64,000 bases of DNA. Source: Cyanophora paradoxa CCMP329. Its lineage: Eukaryota; Plantae; Glaucophyta. The notes beneath the pieces are model-generated. The model saw only the letters and a program-made list of their open reading frames with translations, was not told the DNA's origin and ran no database searches. Numbering within the stretch: the stretch's first letter is position 1; every line of letters begins with the position of its first letter. A program made the position numbers and the translations under genes. This document shows positions 35,083 to 47,320 of this stretch, in pieces. Where the stretch lies: positions 1 to 64,000 of the forward strand of contig QPMI01000270.1 of NCBI GenBank assembly GCA_004431415.1, in the 5' to 3' direction.

Positions 35083-38000
35083 TCAGGGGGCGGGGATGGC
35101 GGGGTAGAGTGCGGGGCGGAGGGCGGCGAGGGCGGCGAAGTGGCGCTGGACGACGCTGAAGGTGCAGTGGACGGCCGCCATGCCGAGCCACAGGAGCATC
35201 CCTCGCCGCGCCCCCAGCTCCTGCGCGCCCCGCCCCCAACGTCACCCCCGCCCCGCCCCCCCGCCGCCCCCGCCCAGCCGCCTCCCACCGCCCGCACCTC
35301 GCACGCCCGGGCGAGGGCCGGCACGGGGGCCCCGAACCAGAGGCGGAGGAGGAGCGGGGTGGAGAGGGAGGCGAGGAGGGCGGCGGCGGCGGCGGCGGCG
35401 AGGGCGAGCTGGGCGGCGAGCTCGACGTGGCCCCGGGGCAGCGGGGCGAAGGGGAAGAGGTGCGCGTTGTGCGCGTGCGCAGCGAAGAGCAGCGCGGGGG
35501 CCACCAGCGCCCCCGCCATCGCCGCCCCCGCACCCGCACCCACCCCGCCCCTGCGCCCCGCTCACGCCCCGGCCCCGCGAGTGCGCCGGGGCGGGGATGG
35601 CACCTGCGAAGCGCGCTGCGGCGGCGCTGGCGTCTTCGGCGGCACGGGCGGTCGCCTGGCGCTCGGTCAGCTGCGCAGACTGCGCGGCGTCAGCGGTGCG
35701 CCAGCCGGCGGGCTCGGGGCGGGGCCGGCGGGCCTCCTTGGCGGAGGGCAGGGGGAAGCGGATGAGGCGCATGCTGTGGCCCCCCAGCGCCCCCGCCCCG
35801 ACGCCCGGCGCCTCGCCCGGCGCCTCCACCTCCTCCTCCTCCTCTTCCTCCTTCCCGAACGCCCGCTCCGGCCTCGGCTTCTGCTTCCGCGCGGAGCGGG
35901 GCGGCTTGGCGGGGGGCGGGGAGGGGGGGGCGGCGGGGGCGTGTGGGGCCGGGGCGGAGGCGGCGGAGGACGGGGAGGAGGAGGAGTTGGGGAGGAGGGC
36001 GCTCTCGGGGCCGCTGGAGCTCCCGAGGCGCTCGAGGCGCCCGCGAGGGCCCCGCCGCCCCGCCACCACCGGCCGCCGCCCGCGCCACCCGCCCCCGCCA
36101 CCAGCGCCGGCGCCGGCGGCGGCTCCAGCAGCAGCGGCTCGAAGGCCGGCTCGAACGCGGGGCCTCGAGGGGCACCCAGGCGGCGGCGGGGACGGGGGCG
36201 GGGGCGGGGGCAGGGGCGGGGCCGGCGGGCGGCGAGCAGGAGGGCCTCCGCCTCGACGAGCAGCGGTTCGAACTCCACCGCCGGCCCGCTGCCCCGGCGG
36301 GAGCCGGCCGGGGAGGGGGCCCCGGGGGAGGGGAAGGCGGGGGGGCGGAGGGCGGAGCGGGGCGAGGCGAGGTCCTGCTCGATGGCGAGGAGGGCGGCCT
36401 CCTCGGCGGCGTCGAGCAGCGGCGCCGACGTCGCCAGCAGCGTCGGGAACGGCACCGCCTCCCCGCTCTCCGCCTTGCCCCCGTCGCTGCCGGCGTCGGC
36501 GAGGCCGAGCGGGTTCACCCAGAGCTCGCTGGCGCGCCGCGCCTCGCCCTCGAGCAGCGGCTCCGTCCGCACGTGCGCCACGCCGCGCATCCGGCCCCCG
36601 AAGGCCTCGGCGGCCGCCCGCCCCGCCGGCTCCCCCTCCTCGCCTTCGTCCGACGACGAGTCGAGGAAGCCCGTCGAGCGGATCCACATGCTATCTGCGG
36701 CCTTCTTGCGCGTGCTCACGCCGTCCGCCCCGTGCCCAGTATCCGCACTCTCCGCTACAGATGCCCGCCGCTCGGAACGCGCGCGCGGGGCCGGCCGCTC
36801 CTCGTCCACCTCCTCCTCATCGCTCGAGCTGTCGGGCATGTGCTTGGGCCAGCCCTCTCCGCCGCGCTTGATCGAGGTCGCGCCGCCGGCGCCGTGGCCG
36901 CCAGCCCCGGCGACGTCCTCCGCCATCAGCGCGTGCCGGGCCGACGGCGCGCGTGCCGCCGGCGCCTCCTGCTGCCGCTCGTCGTCCTCATCGCTGCTGT
37001 CATCGAGGGCGCCGGGTTTGACCCACTTCGAGTCGGCGCCCTTCTTGCGAGTGGTCATGCCGTCCTCGCCGTGCCCCGTCGCGCCCGCACCGGCATCCGA
37101 CACCGATGCGTGCCGGACGGCTGCTGCCTGCGGGGCCGGCGCCTGTTGATTATCGCCGTCCTCGTCCTCATCGGAGGACGAGTCCAGAGTCTTGCCCGAT
37201 GGGATCCACTTGCTGTCCGCGGCCTTCTTGCGCGTGCTCACGCCGTTTTCGCCGTGCCCTGCCTCGCTGCCACCCGCCACCAACGCGTGCCGCTCCGACG
37301 GGGCCCGCGGGGCCGGCCGCTCCTCGTCCACCTCCTCATCGCTCGAGCTGTCGGGCATGTGCTTGGGCCAGCCCTCTCCGCCGCGCTTGATCGAGGTCGC
37401 GCCGCCGGCGCCGTGGCCGCCAGCCCCGGCGACGTCCTCCGCCATCAGCGCGTGCCGGGCCGACGGCGCGCGTGCCGCCGGCGCCTCCTGCTGCCGCTCG
37501 TCGTCCTCATCGCTGCTGTCATCGAGGGCGCCGGGTTTGACCCACTTCGAGTCGGCGCCCTTCTTGCGAGTGGTCATGCCGTCCTCGCCGTGCCCCGTCG
37601 CGCCCGCACCGGCGTCCGACACCGATGCGTGCCGGACGGCTGCTGCCTGCGGGGCCGGCGCCTGTTGATTATCGCCGTCCTCGTCCTCATCGGAGGACGA
37701 GTCCAGAGTCTTGCCCGATGGGATCCACATGCTGTCTGCGGCCTTCTTGCGCGTGCTCACGCCGTCCGCCCCGTGCCCAGTATCCGCACTCTCCGCTACA
37801 GATGCCCGCCGCTCGGAACGCGCGCGCGGGGCCGGCCGCTCCTCGTCCACCTCCTCCTCATCGCTCAAGCTGTCGGGCATGTGCTTGGGCCAGCCCTCTC
37901 CGCCGCGCTTGATCGAGGTCGCGCCGCCGGCGCCGTGGCCGCCAACCCCGGCGACGTCCTCCGCCATCAGCGCGTGCCGGGCCGACGGCGCGCGTGCCGC

Positions 38001-40121
38001 CGGCGCCTCCTGCTGCCGCTCGTCGTCCTCATCGCTGCTGTCATCGAGGGCGCCGGGTTTGACCCACTTCGAGTCGGCGCCCTTCTTGCGAGTGGTCATG
38101 CCGTCCTCGCCGTGCCCCGTCGCGCCCGCACCGGCATCCGACACCGATGCGTGCCGGACGGCTGCTGCCTGCGGGGCCGGCGCCTGTTGATTATCGCCGT
38201 CCTCGTCCTCATCGGAGGACGAGTCCAGAGTCTTGCCCGATGGGATCCACTTGCTGTCCGCGGCCTTCTTGCGCGTGCTCACGCCGTTTTCGCCGTGCCC
38301 TGCCTCGCTGCCACCCGCCACCAACGCGTGCCGCTCCGACGGGGCCCGCGGGGCCGGCCGCTCCTCGTCCACCTCCTCATCGCTCGAGCTGTCGGGCATG
38401 TGCTTGGGCCAGCCCTCTCCGCCGCGCTTGATCGAGGTCGCGCCGCCGGCGCCGTGGCCGCCAGCCCCGGCGACGTCCTCCGCCATCAGCGCGTGCCGGG
38501 CCGACGGGCGCTCGTGGAAGCTTGGCGTGGAGCAGGCAGGGATGGCCTCGACGCGCGTCGGAGGCCCCGCGCGGGACTCGTCGGCCTCGACGAAGCTGCT
38601 GACGGCCGTCTCCTCGGGGCGGAGCCAGCTGCTCGGGCGCCCCATCCGCCTGCTCTCCCCCCCGCCCCTCGGCGTGCTCGCGGGGCGGGGCTTGATGAGC
38701 AGGTGGGGCGGGGCGCGGGGGGCGGGCGGCTCCTCGGCCTGCTCCTCCTCGTCGGGGCGCCACGGCTCCACCGCGTCCTCCTCCTCCATCGAGCCCGACC
38801 CCGGGGCGGCCGGCGCCGCCACGCCCGGCACGACGCGCCCCGCCAAGTCCCCGCGCCGGGCCGGCGCCTCGGGGGCGGCGCGGTAGCGCGCCTCGGGGGC
38901 GGGGCGGGGCGGCGGGCGGCGGCCTCGGCGCAGGCGGGGAGGAGCCCTGCAGGGCGACGCAGGCGAAGGCAATCGCCGAGGCGGGCGCGTTGCTGGCGAA
39001 GAGCGGCCACGTCGCCCCGTCGCGAAGGTCGCCCCGAACGCCAGCGCGTACCGCCCCGCCGGCTCGTGCGCCGCCGCCCACGGCCCCGCCCGCCGCAGCG
39101 CCGCCCGCAGCGCCAGCTGCAGGACGCCGACCCCGACGTCTTGGGGCGGCGCGTCAGGGGGCGCGTGCGCGGGGCGCGTGCGGGGGCGCCGGGGCGCACG
39201 GAGGAGGGCGAGGGCGAGGGCCTGCAGGCGGGGGCGCTCGAGCTCGGCGGCGCCGAGCCAGAAGGCCAGCGTGGCGAGGAAGAGGGCGAGGATGATCATT
39301 GCCGCCACCGCGTCCGAGCGCGCCGTGAAGACCTCCGCCTGCCCCCGCTTTGCGCTGAGGAGAGGCGGCGGGAGCGAGGCGGCTCCACCTGGAGGCACCT
39401 GGCGGGGGGAGAGGTGCCCGTAGCGGGTGCGAAGGAATATTGGCGTGAGCACGCACGCAGAGGCGAAGATCACCGCTGCGCCGTCCCGCCTCGTTGGCCC
39501 AGAGCAGCGGAGCGGGGGCGCGGGGCGGACCGTGCGAGAAGAAGGGGAGGGGGAAGTGGTGCACGAGCATGGGGATGGAGATGATCGCGGTGCCCACGAT
39601 CGCCGCCGCCGCCACAGGCACTACAAGGCGGCGTCGGCGCTCCAGGCCGGGGGCAGGGCGGCGCGGGAGGGCCGGCCGCACCGTAGGCGAGGGTGGTGCG
39701 CACGGCTTCCGAGTCCGGCGTCGCGTCAATGCCGAGCGTCGCCAGGAACGCCGGCAGCTCCGGCGGGCCCAGCTCCGGGTGCGAGAACACTGCGGCGAAG
39801 ACAAGAACGAAAATCGATTCAGATCTCAGACGGCGAGCCGCGCGCGCAGGCGCACGGAAAATGGGTCTCCATAATGCAACCGAGACGAATACGAATACGG
39901 TCGAAACGAGGAACCAGCCTGTGGCGAGCAATGAGGCGGGTTCGCATTGATTTTAGCTGCAGCGTACCATTGACGCGATCGCTATCCTGTGCATCGGGAA
40001 AGACCAGCGGAAGAAAGAATAGCGCGTAGCTAATGCCGCAAAGGACAACGAGTCCAGCTACTGCCCGTGCGGCCACAAGCCCCAACTGGGACCCCAACCG
40101 GGGTCTCTCTCTCGTCTTCAT
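35083..40121 (-). CDS. Large hypothetical membrane protein: N-terminal multi-TM region, long acidic tandem-repeat insert, C-terminal TM region
   Basis: Hydrophobic exons at 40121-39000 and 35540-35083 flank a >2-kb intron-free repeat exon (within the 1268-aa ORF); proposed end ...LRPALYPAIPAP*. Confidence 0.65.
36681..38507 (-). repeat. Coding tandem repeat, ~3.5 units of alternating 522/519 bp (higher-order unit 1041 bp)
   Basis: Anchor GATCCAC(A/T)TGCT at 36681, 37203, 37722 and 38244. Units 1 and 3 share diagnostic variants, as do units 2 and 4. Confidence 0.95.
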
Positions 40122-40519
40122 CACGCGCGCGGCCTCCGGCCGCTTTAGCTTGCTATTGCTGCATCCTCAGAGCGATGACGCGGTGCGTGTGCGAAGTTGC
40201 TAAGAGATAAGTGCGACCAGCCGGGCTCGGCGGAAGAGATAAGAGGCCAGAAACGACGCGGGACGATTGTAGGCAGGTTTATCTAGCTTGACTGAACGGG
40301 ATCGCCTTGTTTTCAGTTGCCACGCGCGCGCTGGGCGATACTAGCACGTGCGTTACTCCCTCTGCTGCTTGCGTCCGGAAGGTTGCTCTCTTCGTCTCTT
40401 GTCAGACTCTTGCACTAAGTTGCACAAAGGCGGAGGGTACGCAACTTTGTGTAGATGAGGGTACAGCAAAGAGACGAAGGCTTCTCGACGTCGGCCTTCT
40501 CAGCCGAGGAGATGGCGAA

Positions 40520-43500
40520 ATGCTCAATCTCGCCGAAATCATCCCCGCTTATGCCAGCGGGGCGCTGTTCGGAGCTGGACCTGCGTTGTTCAGCACCGAC
40601 CGGGGTGCGCCTCGCGCGATCGCCGAGCGCTCCGCCCAGCGCTCACGCATCCACGCAGCCCCGTTCGGAGGATATCGCGCCGATGGAGGAACGTGTGCAG
40701 TGGACGTGGAATGGCAGCGATGTGGTGCCGTGGAAAACTCCCGCGAGGAGGCGGCAGCCGACGAGCTCCAGGAGCGCCTGGACACCGTGAGCGAGCCGCT
40801 GCTTGATCCGCGAAACGACAACGCCCACATACGCAGCCAGGCAAGTCGCCTGCTTGTGTGCCGAGTCCCGAATGACCTCGCCGGTAGCTCGTCGAGATCA
40901 GGCGCGATGTACACTCTTTCGTGCCAGCCGACGCAGACCTTGGCGGACCTCTTCGAAACGAGGACTACATACCCAACGAACTGCTAGTGACTTTGCTCGC
41001 TGAAGACCTCAGTGCTCGACGTCACGACTCTGTGTCCAACCCCTTCCTCTCCAATCGCCTCGACGCTTTTACGGTTCGATTGTTTCTTCGCATCACAGAG
41101 ATGTCAGTGCCTGACTCGTATTCTGCAGGCGGGAGACAGAAATTTCTTTTGCTTCTCGCACGGGCGCCTTGCGGACGCAGTTGGCGTCGTACGTGCGCCT
41201 GCTTTGGACGAGGGGTCGTTCCAATCGCACATCCGAACCGCGGGCATCTCCTTCGATTTGTCACTCGGCGAGAGCGCGCTTCAAGTGGTGGCCTCCTACC
41301 CGGGTATTCGTATTCCCCATGCCCGATCCCTCTGGCTGCCGGCGCTCACGGTTTTGTGCGTATAGATGGGGCCGAGGCGCCCTGCATTGCGGCGAGATCG
41401 CTCTACCATTGCACGTTGCTCGCGCTCTCCGACCCGCTGTGCGCCATCCCCTGCCTTCTCTCGGCGCGCGCCTGACGCGGCGGGCGGGATAGGGAGGAGG
41501 GTGCTAAGCTGCGTCTGGCGGGGCGGCTGTCGTTCGGGAGCCGGGTAGGGGACGTGTGCTGGAACCCGCTTTGGGGCGGGGAGGTGGCGGCGTGCTGCGA
41601 GGACGAGGCCGTCGTCCTCTTCGATCTCGTCACCAGCCGCCGCACGCAGCTCGTCCCGCCGGCCCCCGACTGGCCCGGCCCGCCCCTCGACTCCTCCGAC
41701 TGCCTGCGGCGCTTGGCGTGGGGTCCGCATCCGCGCAGCCTCCTCGCCGGGCGTCCCTCGGGCGTCGACCTCATCGACTTCAGGGTGCGCCGAGCGCTCC
41801 CGGGCCTCCCCGGGTCGGGTTCCTCGGGCTCCTCGGCTCCTCCCTCTCGACGTGATGCTTACAGTTTGTATTCCTTGACCGCTTCCGCTCGACGGACAGC
41901 GCATGAAACGAAAAACCGCTGATCCCCCTCAATAGCTTCCTTTTCTAGCGCCCCCTGTCCCGAGAGCCGGGCCGAGCCGCTTCCGCGTGATGTTCCACAG
42001 CCATCCATTTCCTGAGTCTTTATGCGGACTTCAACTCAGTGGCTGATGGAAGCGCGCTCGCATCTCCCCTCCCCTTCCCTTCCCCCTCGCCTCCCTCCCC
42101 CTCGCGCGCGCCGAGGCGCTGCTCTTCTGACGGGGAGGGGCCAGGCGGGGGGGCGGGAGCGGGGGCCGGCGGCGCGGCTGGTGGACCTGGCGGCGGCCGG
42201 CACGGGCTTCGCGGACGCCTGGGAGAGCTCCACGGAGGGCACGCGGCCGGCCCCGGACCGCCTCCTCGCCCTCTGCCGTCACCCGTCCCCTGCCCTCCAG
42301 CACCTCTTCGCCCTCGCCACCGCCCGCACCCTCTTCCTCGTCGACGCCCGCAGCGCCCGCGCGCCCCTCGCCGCCTGGCCCCGCTCCGGGCCCCCGTCGC
42401 CGTCGCTGGGGATCGCGCTGGAGTGCGTGGACGCGCGGGCGGGGCGGCACGCGCTGGTGTGTTGGAGCGCCGCGGGGGAGGTGAGCGTGCACGACATCGC
42501 GCAGCCGCCGGCGCGGCGGGGCGAGGGGACGTCGGTGTGGGCGGACCCCCGCGAGCCCCGCCCCGAGCACGCCGCCCTCGCCGACGCCTTCTACTCCACC
42601 GCGCCCATCCCGCCGTGCGCCCCCCCCCCCCCCCCCCCCCCCTCCCCCCCCCGGCCCCGCCCCGCCCCGCTCCCGTCCGCCCCCGACCGCCCTTTCAGGC
42701 TCCTCGCGAGCTTCCTGCCGCGGCGGCCGCCGCTGGCAGAGGGCGGGCCGTGGCTGCTGCCGTGGCGGCCGCGGGAGGGGGCGGGCTACACGCAGCAGCT
42801 GCAGCCGCGTTTCTTCGGGCCAGACGTGAAAAACGTCGATCCCACAGCCCCCCGCGAGTTCTCCTCCTCCCGCCCCGTGCGCCCCGCCCCTCCCCGCCCC
42901 CCTGTCGCTCTCTTCGCTGTGGGCCGACCGCGGCGCAGGAGGACGGGGTGACGTGGCGCGGAGCCGGCCACTCGCTGGCGCCGACGCTCGCGGGGTGCCG
43001 CGTCCGCTTCGGGGCGGGGCGGCCTTTCGCGGCATTCCTTTCGAGCACGGGACACCTCTGCCTGCAGCCCGTCGCCCTCGAAGCCGCCGCCGCCCAGCCA
43101 GCCCCGGCCGCCGCGCACGAGGAGACCATCGTGTGGGGCGCGGACGAGGCGCTGCGGGCCTCGCGCGACGTGCGCCGCTTCCAGCGCCGCAACGTCGACG
43201 CGCTCCGCAAGTGTGAGCGCCCCGCGCCGGCCCTTGCCGCTCGATGGCGGGGCGTGACCGGGCGGCGCAGACGCGGCGGCGCGAGCGACGCCAGAGTCGG
43301 TGGTGGCGGCGCGCTACCGCATGGCCGCCGCCGCCACGCGCCCCGCCCGCCGCGGCCCGCGCTCTCGCACCAAGGCCGCCGCCGAGGCGCCGGGGGCGGC
43401 GGAGGGGCCGGAGGAGGCCGAGGGCGGGCCGGGAGGCTGGTGAGGCGGAGGCGGTGTGGGCGGTGCTGCTGCGGGAGGAGGGGAGCCCGAGCGCGTCCCC

Positions 43501-45247
43501 GTCGCCGCCGGCGGCGGCCGCCTCGCGTGGATCGAGGCGGCTGCTGAGCGCCTGGGGTGCACGCCGGAGCAGGTGGCCGGCCCCGTCGAGGTGCTCGCGG
43601 GCGCCGCGGGCGCGCCGTCATGGCCTGCCTCGTCCACCCCTGGCGCGGCGGCTCCCGCCTCATGCCCAACGCCGCCGCCACGGCCCTCCTCGCCCGCCGG
43701 CCCCGCCGCGGCCCCGCCGGCCCCTCGGAGGAGCCGCTGGACGAGGAGCCGGCGCGGGGCCCTCTCTTCCTCTTCTGCACGCGGGGGCGCCCCGGCTGGC
43801 GCCCCGTCTCCTACACCGTCGAGCGCCTCGCCCGCGACCTCGCCGCGCCGCGCCCCGAGGCGGCAGCGGACGGCAAGGGCGACGCGGCCGCCTCGTCGAG
43901 CGGCGGAAGCGAGGAGGATGAGGAGAGCGCGCTGGCCGAGCTGCGCGCCTCTGGGCCCTGGCCGCCGTCGTGGCCGAGGCGGCGCGCCCGGCCCGCTCGA
44001 CGCGGGACACGAGCGTCGCGGCGCGGGCGGCCCTCGCCCTCGCCGCGGCGTGCGGCACCGGGAGGCCCAGCCGCGGCCGGCCGGCGTCGAGCAGGTGGCC
44101 GAGGCGCTGCGGGGGGAGCTGGCGGCGCTGCTGCGCGCCCCCGCGACGCTCGCCGAGCTCGGCCGCTTCGTGCGCGTCGTGCGCGGCCTCGCCGCCGACG
44201 ACGCCACCGTCCTCGCCGCCCTCCGCGCCCTCGCCCGCCCGACCCGCCGCGCCCCTGCCCTCCTCGAGCTCGAGCTCGGGCCCCAGCCCGGGGCGGCCGG
44301 GGCGCGGTGGGAGGCGGGGTGGCGGGGCGAGGCGGCGGCGGTGCTCGCCGCGTGCGGGCTGGAGGCCCTCGCCCCGGCATCCCTCCGCTCCGTCTTCCTC
44401 CTCCCGCCCCCGCCCCGCCCCGACGCCCCCGCCCACAGCGCCCTCCCCTCCCCGCCCCGGCCCCTGCCGCCCCGGCCCCTCCTCCTCCTCCTCCTCGCCG
44501 GCCGCCGGGTCGGGAGAGGCGCCGCCGGCGGGGAACGCGGAGCGGACCATCCCGGCCGGCTGCGTGCGCTTCCTCGACACGCCGTTCTCCCGCCCCGTTC
44601 CGGCGCCGCCCGAGGATCCGGAAGAGCCCCGCCCGCCGCCTCGAGCGCCCCCGCCGGCCGGGCCGGGACCGGGGCCGGGGCCGGGGCCGGGGCCGGGGCG
44701 GGGCGGGGGCGACGGGGCGGGAGAAGGGTGTGCACCGGCGGGCGGCGGAGCTGGCGGCGGAGGCGGAGTCGATCACACGCTCCGTCCTCGCCCACCTCCG
44801 CGCCCGCTGGTCCACCCTCCAGGCGCCCCCGCCCCTCCCCGCCCCCGCCCCGCCCCCTCCCGACACGCACCCCGAGCACGCCCCCGAGGAACTGGCCCCC
44901 GCGCCCTCCTCGGCCCCGAATCCAGTGCCGGCGGGGGCGGGGGGGACGGCGGGGAGCAGCCGCAAGCGGGCGCGGGCGGAGACGGTCTCGGAGGGGCCGG
45001 AGGAGTCCCCCGCGGGGCCCTCGCAGCGCCCGCGCGTCCGCTTCTCCCTCCCCAACGAGGGCCCGCCGCCTCCTCGCCCCGGCCCGCCGCCCCCGCCGGC
45101 CCCCCGCCGGCGAGCATCACGGGCCCCCCCGGCGCCCCGCGCGCCTCGCTGGGCCCGGGCGCCCTCTCGCCCAGCAGGGGCCCCCAGGCCAAGCCCCGCC
45201 CCTCCCTCTCCGCCACCAAGAAGCCCCGCCCCTCGCTCGGCTTCTAG
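40520..45247 (+). CDS. TAF1C/Rrn6-like RNA polymerase I core factor subunit
   Basis: DVCWNPLWGGEVAACCEDEAVVLFDL, RLAWGPHPRSLLAGRPSGVDLIDFR, HLFALATARTLFLVDARSARAPLAAW and basic C-terminus KKPRPSLGF*, all resembling TAF1C/Rrn6. Exon structure is approximate. Confidence 0.6.
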
Positions 45248-45532
45248 GCGGGCAGCCCGTGTTGTACTCGACCAGCCACCAGCAGTCGTTTCTTTCAAGC
45301 AGTGTACAGTCGTTCAGAACTTGGTAATTTGAGAAGATGTTCTGCTTGTGCAATCCGATCCATGCAACAGCCTGCATCCTGGCATACACAAATCATTGAA
45401 TGCATTTGATCGCTAGCCGCTGAAATGTGCTACGGTACATCGTTCAGGGGCACGTGCGCGCACCCGCGAACCAAGGGGCGCTGGGCAGCCTGCAGCTGGC
45501 AGCGGACCGTCGGACTCCGCGAGCCCGGGGGA

Positions 45533-47265
45533 TCACTCGAGCGGGGGCGTCGCAGCGGCCGCCTGCCCCGCCGCCTCCCACGCCGCCCTCTCCTCCTGCT
45601 CGGGGCCGCCTCGCGTCTCGGGCTCTGCCTTGTGGCCCCGGATCGCCGCCTTGACGCCCTCGTAGACCCACCAGAATATCGCTGCGGTCGGGGCCTGAGG
45701 GCCGCTCAGGGGGGGCCAGGGGCGCGGGGCGGGGCCGGGGCGGGGGGCGGACCCCCATAGCGAGGCGGACGTCGAGGCCGCGGGCAAAGCCGCGGGGCCC
45801 CTCGGCCTGCAGCACGCCGCGCACCGCCTCCCGCACTCCCGCCGCCTGCCCCAGCATCACCCGCGTCTTCACCACGTCCTGCACCCCGCCCGCCCCGCCT
45901 CAGCACCGCCCCCCCCCTTCGCCCCGCCGCCGGCCCCCGCACCATCGGGTTCGTCATCGCCGCCGCCTGCCGGGCGCCCTCAGCGGGGGCGAGGAAGGGG
46001 CGCGGGGCGGGCGCACGACGCCGCCGGCGGTGGCCCCCAGGGCCAGGTTCTCCGCCGTCGTGAGCCCCTCCTCCCGCCCCCTCCCCTGCACCTGCGCGCC
46101 CCCTCGAGGCGCCGGCCGCCTGCAGGGACAACAGGGCCCGAGGAAGGGGCTCGAGTACGGCGGCGGCGCGGGCGCGGAGGAGGCGGCGCTTGAGAGCGGT
46201 GTAGATGGGGAGCTCAACGAAGGCGCCCGGCACGTCGCGCGCCAGCGTCGGGACGAAGCCTGCGGCGTCCTTCAGACGGGCGACCGGGTCGTGCTCCGGG
46301 CAGCAGTGCGGGGCACCCGAGTAGAAGCCGCGCAGCCCGCGCTGCGCCAGCAGGGCGCGCGCTGCCGCCCCCGCCGACGCGTACTGCCCCGTCTGCTGCC
46401 GCTGCTTGAGCACCTCCCTGCCGGAAAGTGGCCACGTCAGCCAGTGCAAGCCGGAGCCGAGCACTAGTCAACAATGGGGGCTCACGAGGGGACGTAGACG
46501 GCGCAGCCGCATAATCCTGCACACGTGATGAGCATGGATTTAATTTTTGTAATTAATTTCTGAGTTCCAAGTTGAATTTCGCGATAGCGTTTGAGCACGC
46601 CTGCCACGGCGGCGGAGGCGAAGGGAACCGCGGGCGCAAGCGGAGAGTCCGCGAAGCGCTTTTCAAGCGTCCCTCGGATCTGACACGAAAGTTGCAATGA
46701 GACGCCCCCCAACCATTTGAATTCTGGGCGCAGCGGCGCCCCGTGGGAAGCTCGGTCGCACAGATTCGAAGACAAAGAGGCGAACGCTGGCTGCCGGTGC
46801 GCCGCCGGAGACGGCCCCAGGCACGCCAGCTGCGCAGCGCGCGTCGATCGGTACGTCGATCATGGCCGGAGAAGCACGCTGCCTGGCCGCGCTGGGCCGC
46901 ACCGTATAATCCCGGCCACCCCTTGCTCCCGACAATAGAGCGCGCCGCCGCCGACGATGCCGCGAACGAGCCCGCACCGGCCGCTCCCTTGCCTTGGACG
47001 ACACTTTTGATCGTGTCCAGAGCTGAATGCGCAGAATGCGCTCGCAGCGCGGCTCTTAGATATGAATAAGTGAAGATGGTAGCACGGTGAATAGTGAAGA
47101 TGGCGCTGGCAGCGCCCACTGCAGCTCCCATCGCGTCGTCCACCAGGTCCGGCTCCCGCACACTGCGCGCCTGGCGCGCGAAGCTCGCGGAGGAGCGCGC
47201 GGTTAGCGTCCAGCGCCGCGCACCTGCGACGATGCCGCGCTTGACGCGGTGCGCGGAGTTGGCAT
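45533..47265 (-). CDS. Mitochondrial carrier (SLC25), S-adenosylmethionine-carrier-like
   Basis: Three carrier signatures: HPLDTIKS, VPSEVLKQRQQTG and NPMDVVKTRVM; also LARDVP and GLRGFYSG. Start codon is tentative (47265, 47297 or 47131). Confidence 0.85.
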
Positions 47266-47320
47266 ATTCGCGAGGGTCTACCCACGGCCGGCTCCATCCC
47301 TGTCCTGTGGGATACACGAA

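Noticed and set aside
36681-38507. Possible CRISPR array or LTR pair suggested by the long repeats
   Set aside because: Units are ~520 bp, directly adjacent, multiples of 3 and in-frame within a coding exon; there are no spacers and no TG..CA ends.
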